Translations under genes and position numbers: made by a program
Source: a virus
Length of the DNA stretch: 64,000 nucleotides
IMG/VR virus record: IMGVR_UViG_3300033153_010139
Coordinates: 1 to 64,000 of that record
Strand: one strand, 5' to 3'
Shown here: positions 24,638 to 35,518 of the stretch, one piece after another
Layout of the letters: each line of letters opens with the position of its first letter
Numbering within the stretch: the stretch's first letter is position 1
Notes under the pieces: generated by a model
Databases searched by the model: none
What the model was told of the DNA's origin: nothing
Seen by the model: only the letters and a program-made list of their open reading frames with translations

Positions 24638-27600
24638 ATGGCCGAACTCTATAATTTGGGCATAGGTCTCAGCGTTATCGACTCAGCGTCAAAGCCTGTC
24701 CAGGCGGTGGACGCGGCGCTGGTGGCGATGTCCAAGTCCACCGGCCTGGCCGGAGACGCTGCTCGGTCTATCGGCGGCGACCTCGACGGGTTCGCGGCGA
24801 CGCTGCGCGGCGCGACCGCAACGGCCAGCGACTTTGACATGGTCCTGACCGGCAACTCGGTAGACGAGTCGCTGTACGCGGTGGGCGAAGCGGCTGACGA
24901 CACCCAGGACGAGATTGAGGAGCTGACCGGGGCTGCCAAGGAGGCTGTCACGGCGTGGAATCAGTTTGGGCAGTCGCTCGGGCTGGTCGGCTCGCGCATG
25001 GGCGAGATGCAGCAGCACCAGCTCCAAATGCGCGATGCAGCTGGGCGGTTCACGTCGGTCAGGCTGGACGGGTCGCTGGACTCCATTGCGGCGTCGGCGG
25101 CCAACGTCATCGACAAGACGCGCACGATGTTCAGCGAGCTGGGGGGCGGCAGCGGGTTCGCGATGCTCGGGCAGCGGCTCTCTGGCCTGGGCGCCGCGGT
25201 CGATAGCACGGTCAGCAGCTTCGAGTCGCTCCAGTGGCTCGGCTCGACGATGCAGGAAACGTTCCTCGGGTTCGAGGACTCTACGCAGAAGCTGGCAATG
25301 GGGTTCGGCGGCACCTCCGAAGATGCTCACGAGCTGCGGTCAGCCATGCTGGATTTGGGGCTCGACACTCAGTACAGCCTGGGGGAGATTTCCAAGCTCA
25401 CCGGAGAGCTGGCCGAGGCCGGCGTAGACCTGCGCGATGTGGCGAAGGAGGATCAGGCCGCTTTCATATCGCTCAATTCGACGTTCGGCGTCTCTGGCCA
25501 GGACATCGCCGCCATGAGTTCGACCATGCGGTCGTTCGGCGGCAGCATGAAACAGACGCTGGACGAGGCGACGGCGTTCCAGAGGGATTTCGGCATCCCC
25601 GGGGTGTTCGCGGAGCTGCCGGGAATCATCAGCGGCGCGCAAACGGCGGTAATCCAGTTTGGCGAGGCGGTGAAGACCTCGTTGCCGGACATCGAGCGCA
25701 ACGTCATGCGGACAGCGGGCATATTCGCGAAGGCGTACGGCAAGACCATGCGCGACGCGGTGCAGTCCGCGCAGCAAGACTTCAACCGCTTTGCTCAGGG
25801 TAGTCGTCAGCACGAAGACGTGTTCCTCGGCCTGGCCGATAGCTTTGATCCGATACAAATCTCGCTGATGAAGGTCGGTCGGACGCTGGAGGAGTCGAGC
25901 CGGCTGCTTCAGTTGGGCCAGAAGGACTCGATGGCCTACGCCGAGGAGATGCGGGGCGTCTACCTGAGTCTGGGCGAGGGCAGCTTCCAGGCGCGCCTGT
26001 TCCGTCGCGAGATGGAGCAGTCGGGGATGTCGGAAGCGATGATGGGCCTGATCTTTACCGAGAACAAGCTCACGGAGGCGCGGGCCGCGGCGACTGCCGC
26101 AAAAGAGGAGGCGGCTCGCGCTGACCGCGTGGGCATCAAGTCATTCGACGACCTGACCAAGGGAATGCTCTCCACGGTCGATGAGACCAGGAAGATGTGG
26201 CTGAACGTCAAGGAGCTTGGCAAGGCGTTCCTGACGCAGACCGGTCTGACCGATGTGCTCAGGGAAGCATTCGCCGGCGCGAAGGACACGATTACGGGGC
26301 TCGCCAAGACCGTAAAAGGGTTCGTTGACAGCGAAAAGATGCGCGAGTGGGGCAAGACCCTCACACCGATTCTCTCGACAGTCGGCAAGTGGTTCCTGAT
26401 CCTCGGCACGGCGGCTGGCGGCGCTCTCGGGGCTGTGGGGAGCATGGTCAGCGCGATGGGGTCGCTGCGCGGCGCCAAGGCCGGGCTGAAGGCGCTCGGC
26501 AGCGCGGCAGAGCGCTTGCCGATGATCGGCAAGGCGTTTGGCCCAATCACCAAGGGCATCGGCGGCATCACCAAGTTGTTCAGCCGGGCGCTTCCAGGCA
26601 TTGGTACGGTCGTCGCCGCGTTCTCCGGGATCACCACAGCCGTTAGTGACATGGGCGAAGTCCTGAGCAGCCCGCACGCGACGGGTCTCCAGAGGTTCCA
26701 GGCGATCTTCCGCGGCGTACTCAAGGGTGTTGGCTCAGCGTTCAACAGCTTGCTGCTCGGAATCCCCGGGTGGGTTGCCGATCAGTTCTTCCCGGACCTG
26801 GAGGAGAAGTTCAACCAGGGCATCGCTGACCTGTTCGACTTCGACTACGGGCGCTGGGGCCTGGAGAAGCTGCTCGGACTCAAGCAGCTGCTTGTGGACA
26901 ACCTGCCCGACTGGAAGGAAGTGGCAAGCGACTGGGGCAAGGGCATCGGCGGCGCTATTGGCGGGATTGCCAAGACGATCGTGGACTTCATGGTCTGGGG
27001 GCTCAAGAACCAGCTCAGCATGATCCAAGGCACCATCAAGTGGCTGTTCTCCGGCGGCATGTCCGGCGCTAGCGCCGGCATTGAGGACTCGACTAGCGTC
27101 ATTGGCGATGCGCTGTGGAGCGTGCTCGATAGCGCCACCAGGATCGCCAAGGAGGCGCTGGTCGGGCTTGCCGAGGGCTTCGTCGGCGCGTTCGGAACTT
27201 CGCTGAAAACGCTGGGATTCGAGTGGCAACTCATCTGGAGCCACATGCAGGAGTTCGCCCACGTCACGTTCTTGGAGTTCGAGAGCTACGTTGGCTCGCT
27301 ATTGGTCACTCCGATCAAGACGGGGCTGTCTCACGCGCAATTCGCGTTTGAGAGCTTGTGGGTCGGTATCAAGTTTGGCGCCAAGGCGGCTTGGGCCGGC
27401 CTTAATGACGGGCTTGACGACGCCTTGTCGGGCATAAAGATAGCTCTGTTGGGGATTCCCAAGGTTGCACTGGAGATGGTCAGCAAGATCGCCGGCGCCC
27501 TGAACCTGCTTCCTACCGTGGACATCGACACTTCTGGTCTGAAGGAAATGGAGGATGAATTCAAGGCGCAGATCCAGACCGAAAAAGACCTGATGGCGAA

Positions 27601-28288
27601 TCGCGAAAGCGGCGTCGCGAAGGTCGGGCACGAGGCTGTTCTCGCGATTGCGGCGCTCAAGAAGGAGGATGAAATCAGAATCGCCGGCTACGAGTCGGAC
27701 GACCGACGCCAGGAGCGACGGATCGCCGCCGCCAAAGAGCAGTACGCTATCGAGCAGGCCGGAATCACCGCAGAGATGCTCGGACACGAGCAGAACCAGG
27801 TCGAGGCCAACCAGTTCCGCGACCAGTCGGTCAGCGCGATCGATCAGGCGCTCATCGGACTGGCAAAGGGGGCGAAGGGGGAAGAGTTCGACAAGGGACA
27901 ATCGGCTGCGGCCGAGAAGGCGCTGCGCGGCCACATGGACGCCTCGCTGCGCACGCTCGTGAAGCGCATCGGTGCCGGCGAGATCGAGATGGACGAGGCC
28001 ACCAAGGAGCTGGAGGCGGCAAAGAGCGCAGCGCTGCAGAAGGCGCTGAAGGCGGGCCGGGAGACGCAGCGCAAGGCGGGCGATGTCGGCAAGGCCGCCA
28101 AGGGCAAGGACGGGAAGACGGAAGCGGAGAAGAAAGAGTTCGCTTCGATGATGGCGCAGTTCTCGCAGAGTCTCGCGGCCAATCGCCGGCAATCGATCGA
28201 GGTCCGGTTCGCAGATCGCACGGGCGACGCGATCTCGCGCGACATGGCGCGCCGGTCGAGCGTTGCCCAGGCCAGCAAGGGACTGTAG
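24638..28288 (+). CDS. tape measure protein
   Basis: 1216 aa, Ala/Gly-rich and helical; LGIGLSVIDSAS start; position. Confidence 0.88.
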   Translation: MAELYNLGIGLSVIDSASKPVQAVDAALVAMSKSTGLAGDAARSIGGDLDGFAATLRGATATASDFDMVLTGNSVDESLYAVGEAADDTQDEIEELTGAAKEAVTAWNQFGQSLGLVGSRMGEMQQHQLQMRDAAGRFTSVRLDGSLDSIAASAANVIDKTRTMFSELGGGSGFAMLGQRLSGLGAAVDSTVSSFESLQWLGSTMQETFLGFEDSTQKLAMGFGGTSEDAHELRSAMLDLGLDTQYSLGEISKLTGELAEAGVDLRDVAKEDQAAFISLNSTFGVSGQDIAAMSSTMRSFGGSMKQTLDEATAFQRDFGIPGVFAELPGIISGAQTAVIQFGEAVKTSLPDIERNVMRTAGIFAKAYGKTMRDAVQSAQQDFNRFAQGSRQHEDVFLGLADSFDPIQISLMKVGRTLEESSRLLQLGQKDSMAYAEEMRGVYLSLGEGSFQARLFRREMEQSGMSEAMMGLIFTENKLTEARAAATAAKEEAARADRVGIKSFDDLTKGMLSTVDETRKMWLNVKELGKAFLTQTGLTDVLREAFAGAKDTITGLAKTVKGFVDSEKMREWGKTLTPILSTVGKWFLILGTAAGGALGAVGSMVSAMGSLRGAKAGLKALGSAAERLPMIGKAFGPITKGIGGITKLFSRALPGIGTVVAAFSGITTAVSDMGEVLSSPHATGLQRFQAIFRGVLKGVGSAFNSLLLGIPGWVADQFFPDLEEKFNQGIADLFDFDYGRWGLEKLLGLKQLLVDNLPDWKEVASDWGKGIGGAIGGIAKTIVDFMVWGLKNQLSMIQGTIKWLFSGGMSGASAGIEDSTSVIGDALWSVLDSATRIAKEALVGLAEGFVGAFGTSLKTLGFEWQLIWSHMQEFAHVTFLEFESYVGSLLVTPIKTGLSHAQFAFESLWVGIKFGAKAAWAGLNDGLDDALSGIKIALLGIPKVALEMVSKIAGALNLLPTVDIDTSGLKEMEDEFKAQIQTEKDLMANRESGVAKVGHEAVLAIAALKKEDEIRIAGYESDDRRQERRIAAAKEQYAIEQAGITAEMLGHEQNQVEANQFRDQSVSAIDQALIGLAKGAKGEEFDKGQSAAAEKALRGHMDASLRTLVKRIGAGEIEMDEATKELEAAKSAALQKALKAGRETQRKAGDVGKAAKGKDGKTEAEKKEFASMMAQFSQSLAANRRQSIEVRFADRTGDAISRDMARRSSVAQASKGL

Positions 28289-28297
28289 GAGGACGGC

Positions 28298-28621
28298 ATG
28301 GGACGTATCGCGCGACGAAATCCGAACGGGCCGCTGCGGTTCTCGCTGCTCCGCGAGATCGGCGAGTGCAGGTGGTGGGACAAGACCAGGCCACCGGACA
28401 TCGCGCCGCGCGACGACGACTTCGACCATCTGATCCAGATGGACGAGGCGTACGATGCGCTCGCGTTGCAGGAGCTGGGCGATGACGCCGTCGGGCACCT
28501 GATCATGCACAGGAACGACACCGACGATTACACCTGCCGACTCTGGCCCAACGACTTCGTGCCCGGCAGAACGATCCAGATTCCGACGCGCGAGAGCCTG
28601 AGCCGGCGCAGGATTCTCTAA
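28298..28621 (+). CDS. small baseplate protein (gpX/LysM-like)
   Basis: YDALALQELGD...PGRTIQIP; follows the tape measure gene. Confidence 0.6.
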   Translation: MGRIARRNPNGPLRFSLLREIGECRWWDKTRPPDIAPRDDDFDHLIQMDEAYDALALQELGDDAVGHLIMHRNDTDDYTCRLWPNDFVPGRTIQIPTRESLSRRRIL

Positions 28622-28623
28622 GC

Positions 28624-30303
28624 ATGTCCGAATGGGGTGCGGACGGAACGTCACCGAGCGAGCAAGCGGAGCGCCCGCGGAACCCGTTTTCGAGCGCGCC
28701 TCCGGTTGGTGACTTCTTCGCCCCATTCTTTACGGTCGAGTTCACGAATCACGAGAAGCAGGGCAAGGTTCAGGGCAGCGGTGGCGAGACGCTCTACAAG
28801 TTCAGCGACGGGCCGCAGCTGCGCAGTTTCGCGAGCAGTCTGGAGGTTGTAAACGTGGGCGACGGCATGTGCACCGCCACGCTCACGCTGGAGCCCCCCT
28901 ACTACGAGGCGGTCCACATCGTCGAGGCGAAGGTGATCCGCCGCAACTCGATCATGTCGTGCCAGTGGGGTTACCTGCCGGGCGGATCCGGCTCCAAGGC
29001 AATCGTCAGCCGCGTGCACCACTTCACGCTCACGGACACGCCGAGGGTCGATGTGGCCGGCACAGACGTGAGCATCACGATCGTTGGTGTTGACACGTTC
29101 AGTAATGCGGCAATGCAACGCGAGGACCGGACCGCCTACGCGCGCAACAAGAGCGCCTACGACAAGAAGCAGGAGGCGACCGAGGCTAAGACCGAGCACA
29201 AGGGGACGCGCGGGAGCGGTAGCGCGACTGGCGGTAGCGCGACTGGCGGCGGTAACGGTGCGACCGGCGCAACCGACGCCGGGGCGACAACGGTCGGCGC
29301 GGTCGGGGCGGATGGCGCCGAGGCCGGCGGCGGCTCCGCGGCCAAAGACCACCACATGCAGGAGGGCGTATTCGAGACCGATCTCAAGATCCTTGAGCAT
29401 CTGGTGGCGAAGGTCGGCATGACGGTAAACACGTCGCTCGTGCCAGCAAGTTCTCAGCTGCTGAAGGAGCGCCCGCTCGAAGGCGAGGAAGACGTACTGG
29501 AACAGGACAAGCTGGACTGGGCGTTCTTCATAGCTCTGTGCAAAAGCAACGGTTGCAATTTCTTCACCGAAGGCGGCGTGGTCTATCTGGTAGACACGAA
29601 CTACATGAAGGTGCAGCAGACGTCGTACCGGCTGCTGCTCATGCAGCAGCCAGAAACGGACCGGGACATCCCGATGCTGGCGTTCTCGACCAACGCGCTG
29701 GAGAATCTGTTCTCCACGCCCGAGGCTGTCGAGGTTCGTGGGGTTAGTGTTGACATGGACAGCGGAACTGTCGTGGACCTCACGATAGATCCGGCGGCCA
29801 CGGACACGCAGGAGTTCCTCGGCAAGCTGACGAACGCGGGTCGCCAGCTGGCGTCCGGGCGCGAGATCAAGCTCTCGGACGACACCTCGCTAATCCCGGC
29901 CCCGGGGTTTTCCGCAACGGAAACCGGCAGACACGTGCCAATACCGCACGGTCAGGAGAATCGCGACAAGCATGTGGAGCAGCTCACGCGCGAAGGCGCT
30001 TTTGCTGTGAACACCGACGCCCAAGCGACCATTCCCGGAGTGCCGTCGCTCATTCCGTTGATGCTCGTGGAGGTGTCGGCCGGGTTTCCGACAACCTTCG
30101 ACGGCCCTTACATAGCCATGAAGGCGACGCACCGCATCGGGACGGACGGATACGACATGGAGCTTGCGCTGCAGCGCGACACGACGTCGGCATCCGCTGA
30201 AGGCGCCGGAACGAGGCCGGCTACCGGCGGGAACACGCCAGATCAGCAGTCGAGCGGCGCCGAAGGTGTTGGTAGCGTAGATGCGGACGGAAAGAAGACA
30301 TGA
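28624..30303 (+). CDS. baseplate hub (gpD/gp27-like)
   Basis: Q..LDWAFFIALC; IPGVPSL; FDGPYIAMKATHRIGTDGY. Confidence 0.75.
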   Translation: MSEWGADGTSPSEQAERPRNPFSSAPPVGDFFAPFFTVEFTNHEKQGKVQGSGGETLYKFSDGPQLRSFASSLEVVNVGDGMCTATLTLEPPYYEAVHIVEAKVIRRNSIMSCQWGYLPGGSGSKAIVSRVHHFTLTDTPRVDVAGTDVSITIVGVDTFSNAAMQREDRTAYARNKSAYDKKQEATEAKTEHKGTRGSGSATGGSATGGGNGATGATDAGATTVGAVGADGAEAGGGSAAKDHHMQEGVFETDLKILEHLVAKVGMTVNTSLVPASSQLLKERPLEGEEDVLEQDKLDWAFFIALCKSNGCNFFTEGGVVYLVDTNYMKVQQTSYRLLLMQQPETDRDIPMLAFSTNALENLFSTPEAVEVRGVSVDMDSGTVVDLTIDPAATDTQEFLGKLTNAGRQLASGREIKLSDDTSLIPAPGFSATETGRHVPIPHGQENRDKHVEQLTREGAFAVNTDAQATIPGVPSLIPLMLVEVSAGFPTTFDGPYIAMKATHRIGTDGYDMELALQRDTTSASAEGAGTRPATGGNTPDQQSSGAEGVGSVDADGKKT

Positions 30304-31592
30304 ACGCGTTTGACCTTCTCCTGAAGGTGCGGGACTACGGGCTGGAGGTGGCGCTCGGGCGCTACTACGCCAAGTACGCGGCGACCGTCGAGGACGCGGC
30401 GGATCCGCAGGGTCAGGGGCGCGTGCGGGTGTCGAGTCGCGTGGCGACCGGGCGAACGAACCCGATCGCGAAGTGGGCCTACCCGAGCGCGGACTACGGC
30501 GGGCAGGACAAGGGCATCTTCTTCCCGCCGGACGAGGGCGACCTGGTGTGGGTGTGGTTCGATCAAGGCAAGACCTCGGAGCCGCGCTACTCCGGCGCGT
30601 GGTGGGGGAGCCGCGCCAAGGACGAGAAGAAGCCGGACGACAGCCACGTCCCGGCCGAGTTCCGTCCAGGCGACACGGCGCCCACGAAGCGCGGAATCAA
30701 GACGAAGGGCGGCCTGGGCCTCCTCTTCGATGACACCGAGGACGAGGTCAAGATCGAGCTGTGGACCGGCGAGCAGAAGGAGGCCGGGGCTGCGGCCGAG
30801 CGCAAGCATCTGTTCCAGCTGGACAACACCAACGAGTCGGAGCAGATCGTCATCCTGTCGGAGAGCGGGCACGCGTCCAGGTGGGTTGACATCGCCGGCG
30901 AGGAGCGGATCGAGCACATCACCGCCAAAGAGCACGAGATCATCATCTCGGACAAGGACGACAAGATCACGCTCAAGTGCAAGGACGGGTTCGAGCTGGT
31001 CATCGACCAGAAGAACCAGAAGATCACGGCCGCGACGGCGGCTGGGCAGAAGATCGAGATGCTCGATTCGGGTACCAAGATCAACATCGAGGACTCGACC
31101 GGGAACAAGGTGACGCTCTCGCCAACAGGTGTGGACGTAACGTCCGAGGTTGCCTTGAACGTAACAGCGAAGGCTGCTGCCACGATCCAGGCGCAGGGCG
31201 CCGCCACGGTCGATGCTGGCGGGGCCCTCACGCTTACCGGGGCCAGTCTCGCCTTGTCCTCCAAGAGCGGCACGACATCGCAGACGTCCGCCGGCGCCGC
31301 GACCGGCACCTTCACCGGGATCAAGACGGACACCTACAGCGGCGGCCTGTTCCAGAACGTGACCGGGCTGTTCTCAACGGTCGCGACTAGCGTCATCCTC
31401 GCGGGGCAAGCCGCTGGCGCCGTGCTGGTCGGAAGCGTCGCCGGCGCGAAGTTCAAGCTGGTGGACGAGCGGGCGCTGACCTGGCTTGAGGCGCATACGC
31501 ACACGGCGATCGGGCTCGGTGCGCCCACCTCGAAGCCTATTGAGCCGATCATCGCCGAAGTTCTCACCACCAGCTACCTGAAGGCGGACTGA
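30300..31592 (+). CDS. baseplate central spike (gpV/gp5/VgrG OB-fold)
   Basis: DPQGQGRVRV, FFPPDEGDLVWVWF, beta-helix repeats, C-terminal HTH metal-binding His pair. Confidence 0.88.
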   Translation: MNAFDLLLKVRDYGLEVALGRYYAKYAATVEDAADPQGQGRVRVSSRVATGRTNPIAKWAYPSADYGGQDKGIFFPPDEGDLVWVWFDQGKTSEPRYSGAWWGSRAKDEKKPDDSHVPAEFRPGDTAPTKRGIKTKGGLGLLFDDTEDEVKIELWTGEQKEAGAAAERKHLFQLDNTNESEQIVILSESGHASRWVDIAGEERIEHITAKEHEIIISDKDDKITLKCKDGFELVIDQKNQKITAATAAGQKIEMLDSGTKINIEDSTGNKVTLSPTGVDVTSEVALNVTAKAAATIQAQGAATVDAGGALTLTGASLALSSKSGTTSQTSAGAATGTFTGIKTDTYSGGLFQNVTGLFSTVATSVILAGQAAGAVLVGSVAGAKFKLVDERALTWLEAHTHTAIGLGAPTSKPIEPIIAEVLTTSYLKAD

Positions 31593-31975
31593 TGGCGAAG
31601 CGCATCAAAGGGCTCCACGTCCCCTACCGCATGACCGCCGCAGGCTACCCGGAGTCCTCGGAAGACACGGTGCTCCTCGGCCACTCCATCAGCGAAATCC
31701 TCAAGACCGGAATCGGCGAGCGCGTGCGCAACCGCCACTTCGGCTCCGGGCTCCAGCGCCTGCTGTTCGCCAACATGTCCCGGGCCGCGCTGGTGCGGGC
31801 CAAGACGGAGGCCAGGCGCGCCATCGAATTGTGGGAACGGCGTGTCGTGGTGGACGAGATTCTGATCTCATCGAGAGACAGTAGAATCGTGATCGAGGTT
31901 TACTGGCGGCCCAGGGGTGTGAACGCCGAGCCCATGGCCGAGCACGTACCATTCGACGTGGCTGGAACGATATGA
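31592..31975 (+). CDS. baseplate gp25/GpW-like protein
   Basis: ILKTGIGERV...FGSGL..LLF; AIELWERRV. Confidence 0.88.
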   Translation: MAKRIKGLHVPYRMTAAGYPESSEDTVLLGHSISEILKTGIGERVRNRHFGSGLQRLLFANMSRAALVRAKTEARRAIELWERRVVVDEILISSRDSRIVIEVYWRPRGVNAEPMAEHVPFDVAGTI

Positions 31976-33588
31976 GCAGCGGCATCTCCCTTTCGGTAAC
32001 TGCGCGGGACCTGGTCCGATCCGGGTTGTTTGGTAAGGATTTCGACACCAACGTGGCCGAGCTGGTCTCGTACGTCCAGCTCCGCTTCGGCCCCGAGAAC
32101 TCGTCGAACATCGAGGCGAGCGAGCAGGGCATCAAAGACATCGAGATGTTCGCCTTCGGGCTCGCGACCGCCAACTGGTTTGGCGACCGGCAGGCGGACG
32201 AGACCAACCTCCAGGACTCGCGCCTGCGCGCCTACTCGGTGTCCATTGCCAGGCAGCTGGGCTACAAGCCGTCGGCCGCCGTACCGCCGGCTGTGCAGAT
32301 CACCATGACCCTGGACGTTCCGGCACCGGCCAGGTTCACGATCGAGCGCGGGCGCAAGCTGCAGGGGCCCGGCGGCCTGTTCTTCGAGGTGGCGACCGAG
32401 GTCGTGTTCGACGTGGGCGAGAGCGGCCCCAAGAGCTTCGACGCGATCCAGGGCGAGACCAAGCACGCAACCTACACCTCCACCGGGCTGGCGAGCCAGT
32501 TCTTCTACGTGACGAACGTGCCGTCCGGCACCTCGATCTCGCAGGACTCGCCGCAGCTCTTTGTGGACGTTGCCGAGTGGCCCGAGAACAAATTCCTGAC
32601 GTACGAGCAGATCAACCAGTTCGAGTTCCAGTACGGCTTCGAGCCGACAAGGCTGGTGCTGGGCGATGGCGCGGCCGGCAACATCCCGGAGAAGGACGCC
32701 GAGCTGCGCTTGCAGTTCTTCGTGACCGCCGGCGCGAACGGCGCCGTTGCCGCGAACACGGTGACGGCCTTTACCGAGCCGGTCGTGTCCGGCACGGCCA
32801 TCGTTGATTACGTGCTCGTCCACAACGAGCCGTCCACGCCCGGCTCGCCCAGGGAGTCCATTGACTCCATCAAGGTGAACGCGCCGCAGGTCTACCAGAC
32901 GGCCCAGCGCGCGGTGACCCAGGCTGACCTGGACGGCTGGATCAACAGCTTCTCGGATCCGACGTGGGGTTCGGTAGCGATCGGGCGCGCGACTACGCCG
33001 AGGAGCGTGGAGCAGGACGCCGAGGCGCTCACGATCTTGCAGGAGCTGCGTGACGCCGGCGTTGCTCAGGACACCATCGACCGGCTCTATAACTACTGGA
33101 ACGACGTGCTGGCCTCCAACGGGCAGGCGCAGATCATCGTGGCGCAGGTCTTGGCGGCCGACACCGTGGGGCGCTACGTGCCGGCCTCGCAGGGGCTCGC
33201 CGAAGCGCTGGAGGCGTTCCTCGACACGAAGGCAGAGAGTACCGCCAAGGTGCACGTGTCCGACGGGTCGATCAACCTGCTCTCAGTGGACCTGACGGTC
33301 TCGGTCAAGGTGACGGAGGAGTACTCCAGCTCGGCAGCGCGCGAGACGGTGGCAGAGTCGGTCCTGACGACCCTGGAGACGGAGCTGCTCGGCCGGTCCT
33401 ACGGAGACTCGCTGCGGATCAGCGACCTCTACGCGCTCGTGGACGGGCTCGACGGCGTGGACTGGAGCAACATCGCCATCTCCGGCGATACTACTGCCCT
33501 GGCGCGCGTGAATTCGCACGGCGATCTGGAGATCGAGGACCACGAGGTCATCACACTGGGCCAGCTGCCGTCAATCGTGGTGACGTAG
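31972..33588 (+). CDS. baseplate wedge (gp6/J-like)
   Basis: KDFDT, ARQLGYKP, LGDGAAGNIP, RESIDSIK, RAVTQADL. Confidence 0.88.
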   Translation: MSSGISLSVTARDLVRSGLFGKDFDTNVAELVSYVQLRFGPENSSNIEASEQGIKDIEMFAFGLATANWFGDRQADETNLQDSRLRAYSVSIARQLGYKPSAAVPPAVQITMTLDVPAPARFTIERGRKLQGPGGLFFEVATEVVFDVGESGPKSFDAIQGETKHATYTSTGLASQFFYVTNVPSGTSISQDSPQLFVDVAEWPENKFLTYEQINQFEFQYGFEPTRLVLGDGAAGNIPEKDAELRLQFFVTAGANGAVAANTVTAFTEPVVSGTAIVDYVLVHNEPSTPGSPRESIDSIKVNAPQVYQTAQRAVTQADLDGWINSFSDPTWGSVAIGRATTPRSVEQDAEALTILQELRDAGVAQDTIDRLYNYWNDVLASNGQAQIIVAQVLAADTVGRYVPASQGLAEALEAFLDTKAESTAKVHVSDGSINLLSVDLTVSVKVTEEYSSSAARETVAESVLTTLETELLGRSYGDSLRISDLYALVDGLDGVDWSNIAISGDTTALARVNSHGDLEIEDHEVITLGQLPSIVVT

Positions 33589-33598
33589 GAGACGTAGG

Positions 33599-34582
33599 AT
33601 GGAATCTTCCCCCAGACTGCAGGTGCCGCTCCCGAGCCAGTTCGAGGAGCCCTACTACCAGACGGGCCACGACCGCGACCTGGCGTGGGATGCTGGGATG
33701 TTCGCCAACGCCGAGAACAGCCAGCTCCAGTTCATGTCCATAGGCGACGTCGGCTGGAACAAGGACGGGGCGCCGCCAAGCGCCGGAACCTTGTACTGGA
33801 CCGCGGACATCGAGATCTCCGCGTTCTTCTCGCCGTTCAAGGTGGTGATCGCCGGCGGCGTGTCGGTCGAGATGCAGGACGGCGAACTCCTGTTCTTCAC
33901 CGCGCCGCGACTGCTCCGGGACAACCAAACGGTCACGCTCTACCGCGCCAACAGGATCTTCCTGGAGAGCCAGCGCGCCTACGACTTGCGCCTGTTCGCG
34001 GCGCGCGTGGGGGACACGATCTACTTCCAGAACGGCGCCAGCCTGCTCGATGGCCAGCAGGGTGGCGTGTTCGGCGGCGGACTATTCCCGGCGACGTCCG
34101 TCCCTATTCACGAGCACGAGGACGCGCTGGTGATCGAGCCGCCGTCGGCCGGTATCAGCGCGCTGGACGTGCTCATGACCGGCCCGGACCTGCTCCGGGT
34201 GGACATCTTCCGTAACGGCCAGCTCATCGCCGAGCCGGCCGACTACAGCATGAACTACGTCTCCGGGATCGCCACGCTCGTCGTTCCGACGGCGAGCAGC
34301 GCCGAGCGGTTTGTCGTCTGGCGCGAGACGCGCGATGCGGTGAGCGTGACGCCCACGCACCAGCATCTCGCGCCGCTCGTGATCAACCCGGCGCCGGCAA
34401 CCGCCGTCCTCGACATGCTGGTGACTACGCCGGTACTCGACGCGGTGGACCTGTTCCGCAACGGCCTGCTGCTGTCCGAGCCCGGCGACTACACGCTGGT
34501 GCCGGCGACCGGATTCGTGACTCTGGTGATCCCAACCGTGCCAAGCGAGCGTTTCATGGCGCTCAGAAGGACGTTTGTTTAG
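33599..34582 (+). CDS. virion structural protein
   Basis: Two repeats of VD(I/L)FRNG..(A/S)EP.DY. Confidence 0.6.
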   Translation: MESSPRLQVPLPSQFEEPYYQTGHDRDLAWDAGMFANAENSQLQFMSIGDVGWNKDGAPPSAGTLYWTADIEISAFFSPFKVVIAGGVSVEMQDGELLFFTAPRLLRDNQTVTLYRANRIFLESQRAYDLRLFAARVGDTIYFQNGASLLDGQQGGVFGGGLFPATSVPIHEHEDALVIEPPSAGISALDVLMTGPDLLRVDIFRNGQLIAEPADYSMNYVSGIATLVVPTASSAERFVVWRETRDAVSVTPTHQHLAPLVINPAPATAVLDMLVTTPVLDAVDLFRNGLLLSEPGDYTLVPATGFVTLVIPTVPSERFMALRRTFV

Positions 34583-35509
34583 GTGGGCAGACCATCGGCA
34601 ATCGGCTACGGTTGGCAGCCTTACGGCCATCCGCAGAGCAGCAGCGCGCTGTGGCGCGCCGGTAATGCGCCGTTCCCGGTCAATGCCGGCTACGGCCGCG
34701 GCGACTGGGCCGAGTACGTCACCTGGCGAATCCTGCCGGAGCACACACGCAACGAGGATGGCGAAGGGAGCCTGGTCCCAGAGCCGCTGCGCGGCATGAT
34801 CGACTGCCTCAAGCCGCTCATGAACGAGTTGGTCGCCAAGTGGACGCTTTTCCCGACGCTCTGGGACGCGAACCTGTGCCCGATCGCGCAGCTCCCGAAG
34901 CTGGCCTACAACGTGGGGATCGCGCTCGACCCGACGAAGTCCGAAGCGCTGCAGCGCTCTGAGGTGCTGAACGCCTCCCAGCTGTTCCTGCACAAAGGCA
35001 CCGATCTCGGCTATACCATCGTCGCCGCGTTCGAGGGTCTGCTGGTCACGATCACGGCACTCTGGGCGGACGGGCAAGAGCCATCGTCAGCGCTGACCGA
35101 CGTCGATCCGACGACGTTCGTTGCGCAGTACGACGAAGTGGCGGCAGACGACATCCCGACCGACGAGGTCTTCGACGACCGCTACGCGCTGTGGCCGAAG
35201 AGTCTCTACGTGACCGGCCCGGTACGGACCATGAAGCTGCGGCTCGTGTTCTACCCGACGGCGGATCAGACACAGGACTTTGACCCGGACGTCGCGGACC
35301 GAATCGTCGCCAGGCTCCTGCGGTTCAAGCCCATCTATGTGGAGATCGATCGGATCACCTTCGATGGGCTGCGCGGGTCTAGCCAGACGTGGGTAGAAGA
35401 CATCAACGCCGGCGAATTGGCGGTAGGCATGTGGACTGCGCCAGTTACGGGCGCCAGCTATGCGGCCAGCGCGACGTGGACGGCTCCGGTCGTGGCGAGC
35501 ACGGTGTAG
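34583..35509 (+). CDS. baseplate wedge protein (P2 gpI-like)
   Basis: CPIAQLPKLAYNVGI; HKGT; RFKPIYV. Confidence 0.7.
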   Translation: MGRPSAIGYGWQPYGHPQSSSALWRAGNAPFPVNAGYGRGDWAEYVTWRILPEHTRNEDGEGSLVPEPLRGMIDCLKPLMNELVAKWTLFPTLWDANLCPIAQLPKLAYNVGIALDPTKSEALQRSEVLNASQLFLHKGTDLGYTIVAAFEGLLVTITALWADGQEPSSALTDVDPTTFVAQYDEVAADDIPTDEVFDDRYALWPKSLYVTGPVRTMKLRLVFYPTADQTQDFDPDVADRIVARLLRFKPIYVEIDRITFDGLRGSSQTWVEDINAGELAVGMWTAPVTGASYAASATWTAPVVASTV

Positions 35510-35518
35510 GAGAGATCA

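Noticed and set aside
16697-35509. Bacterial eCIS, tailocin or T6SS locus
   Set aside because: gp13-like neck, homing endonucleases, putative capsid-leader proteins and dense small accessory ORFs favour a phage, although capsid genes lie outside the window
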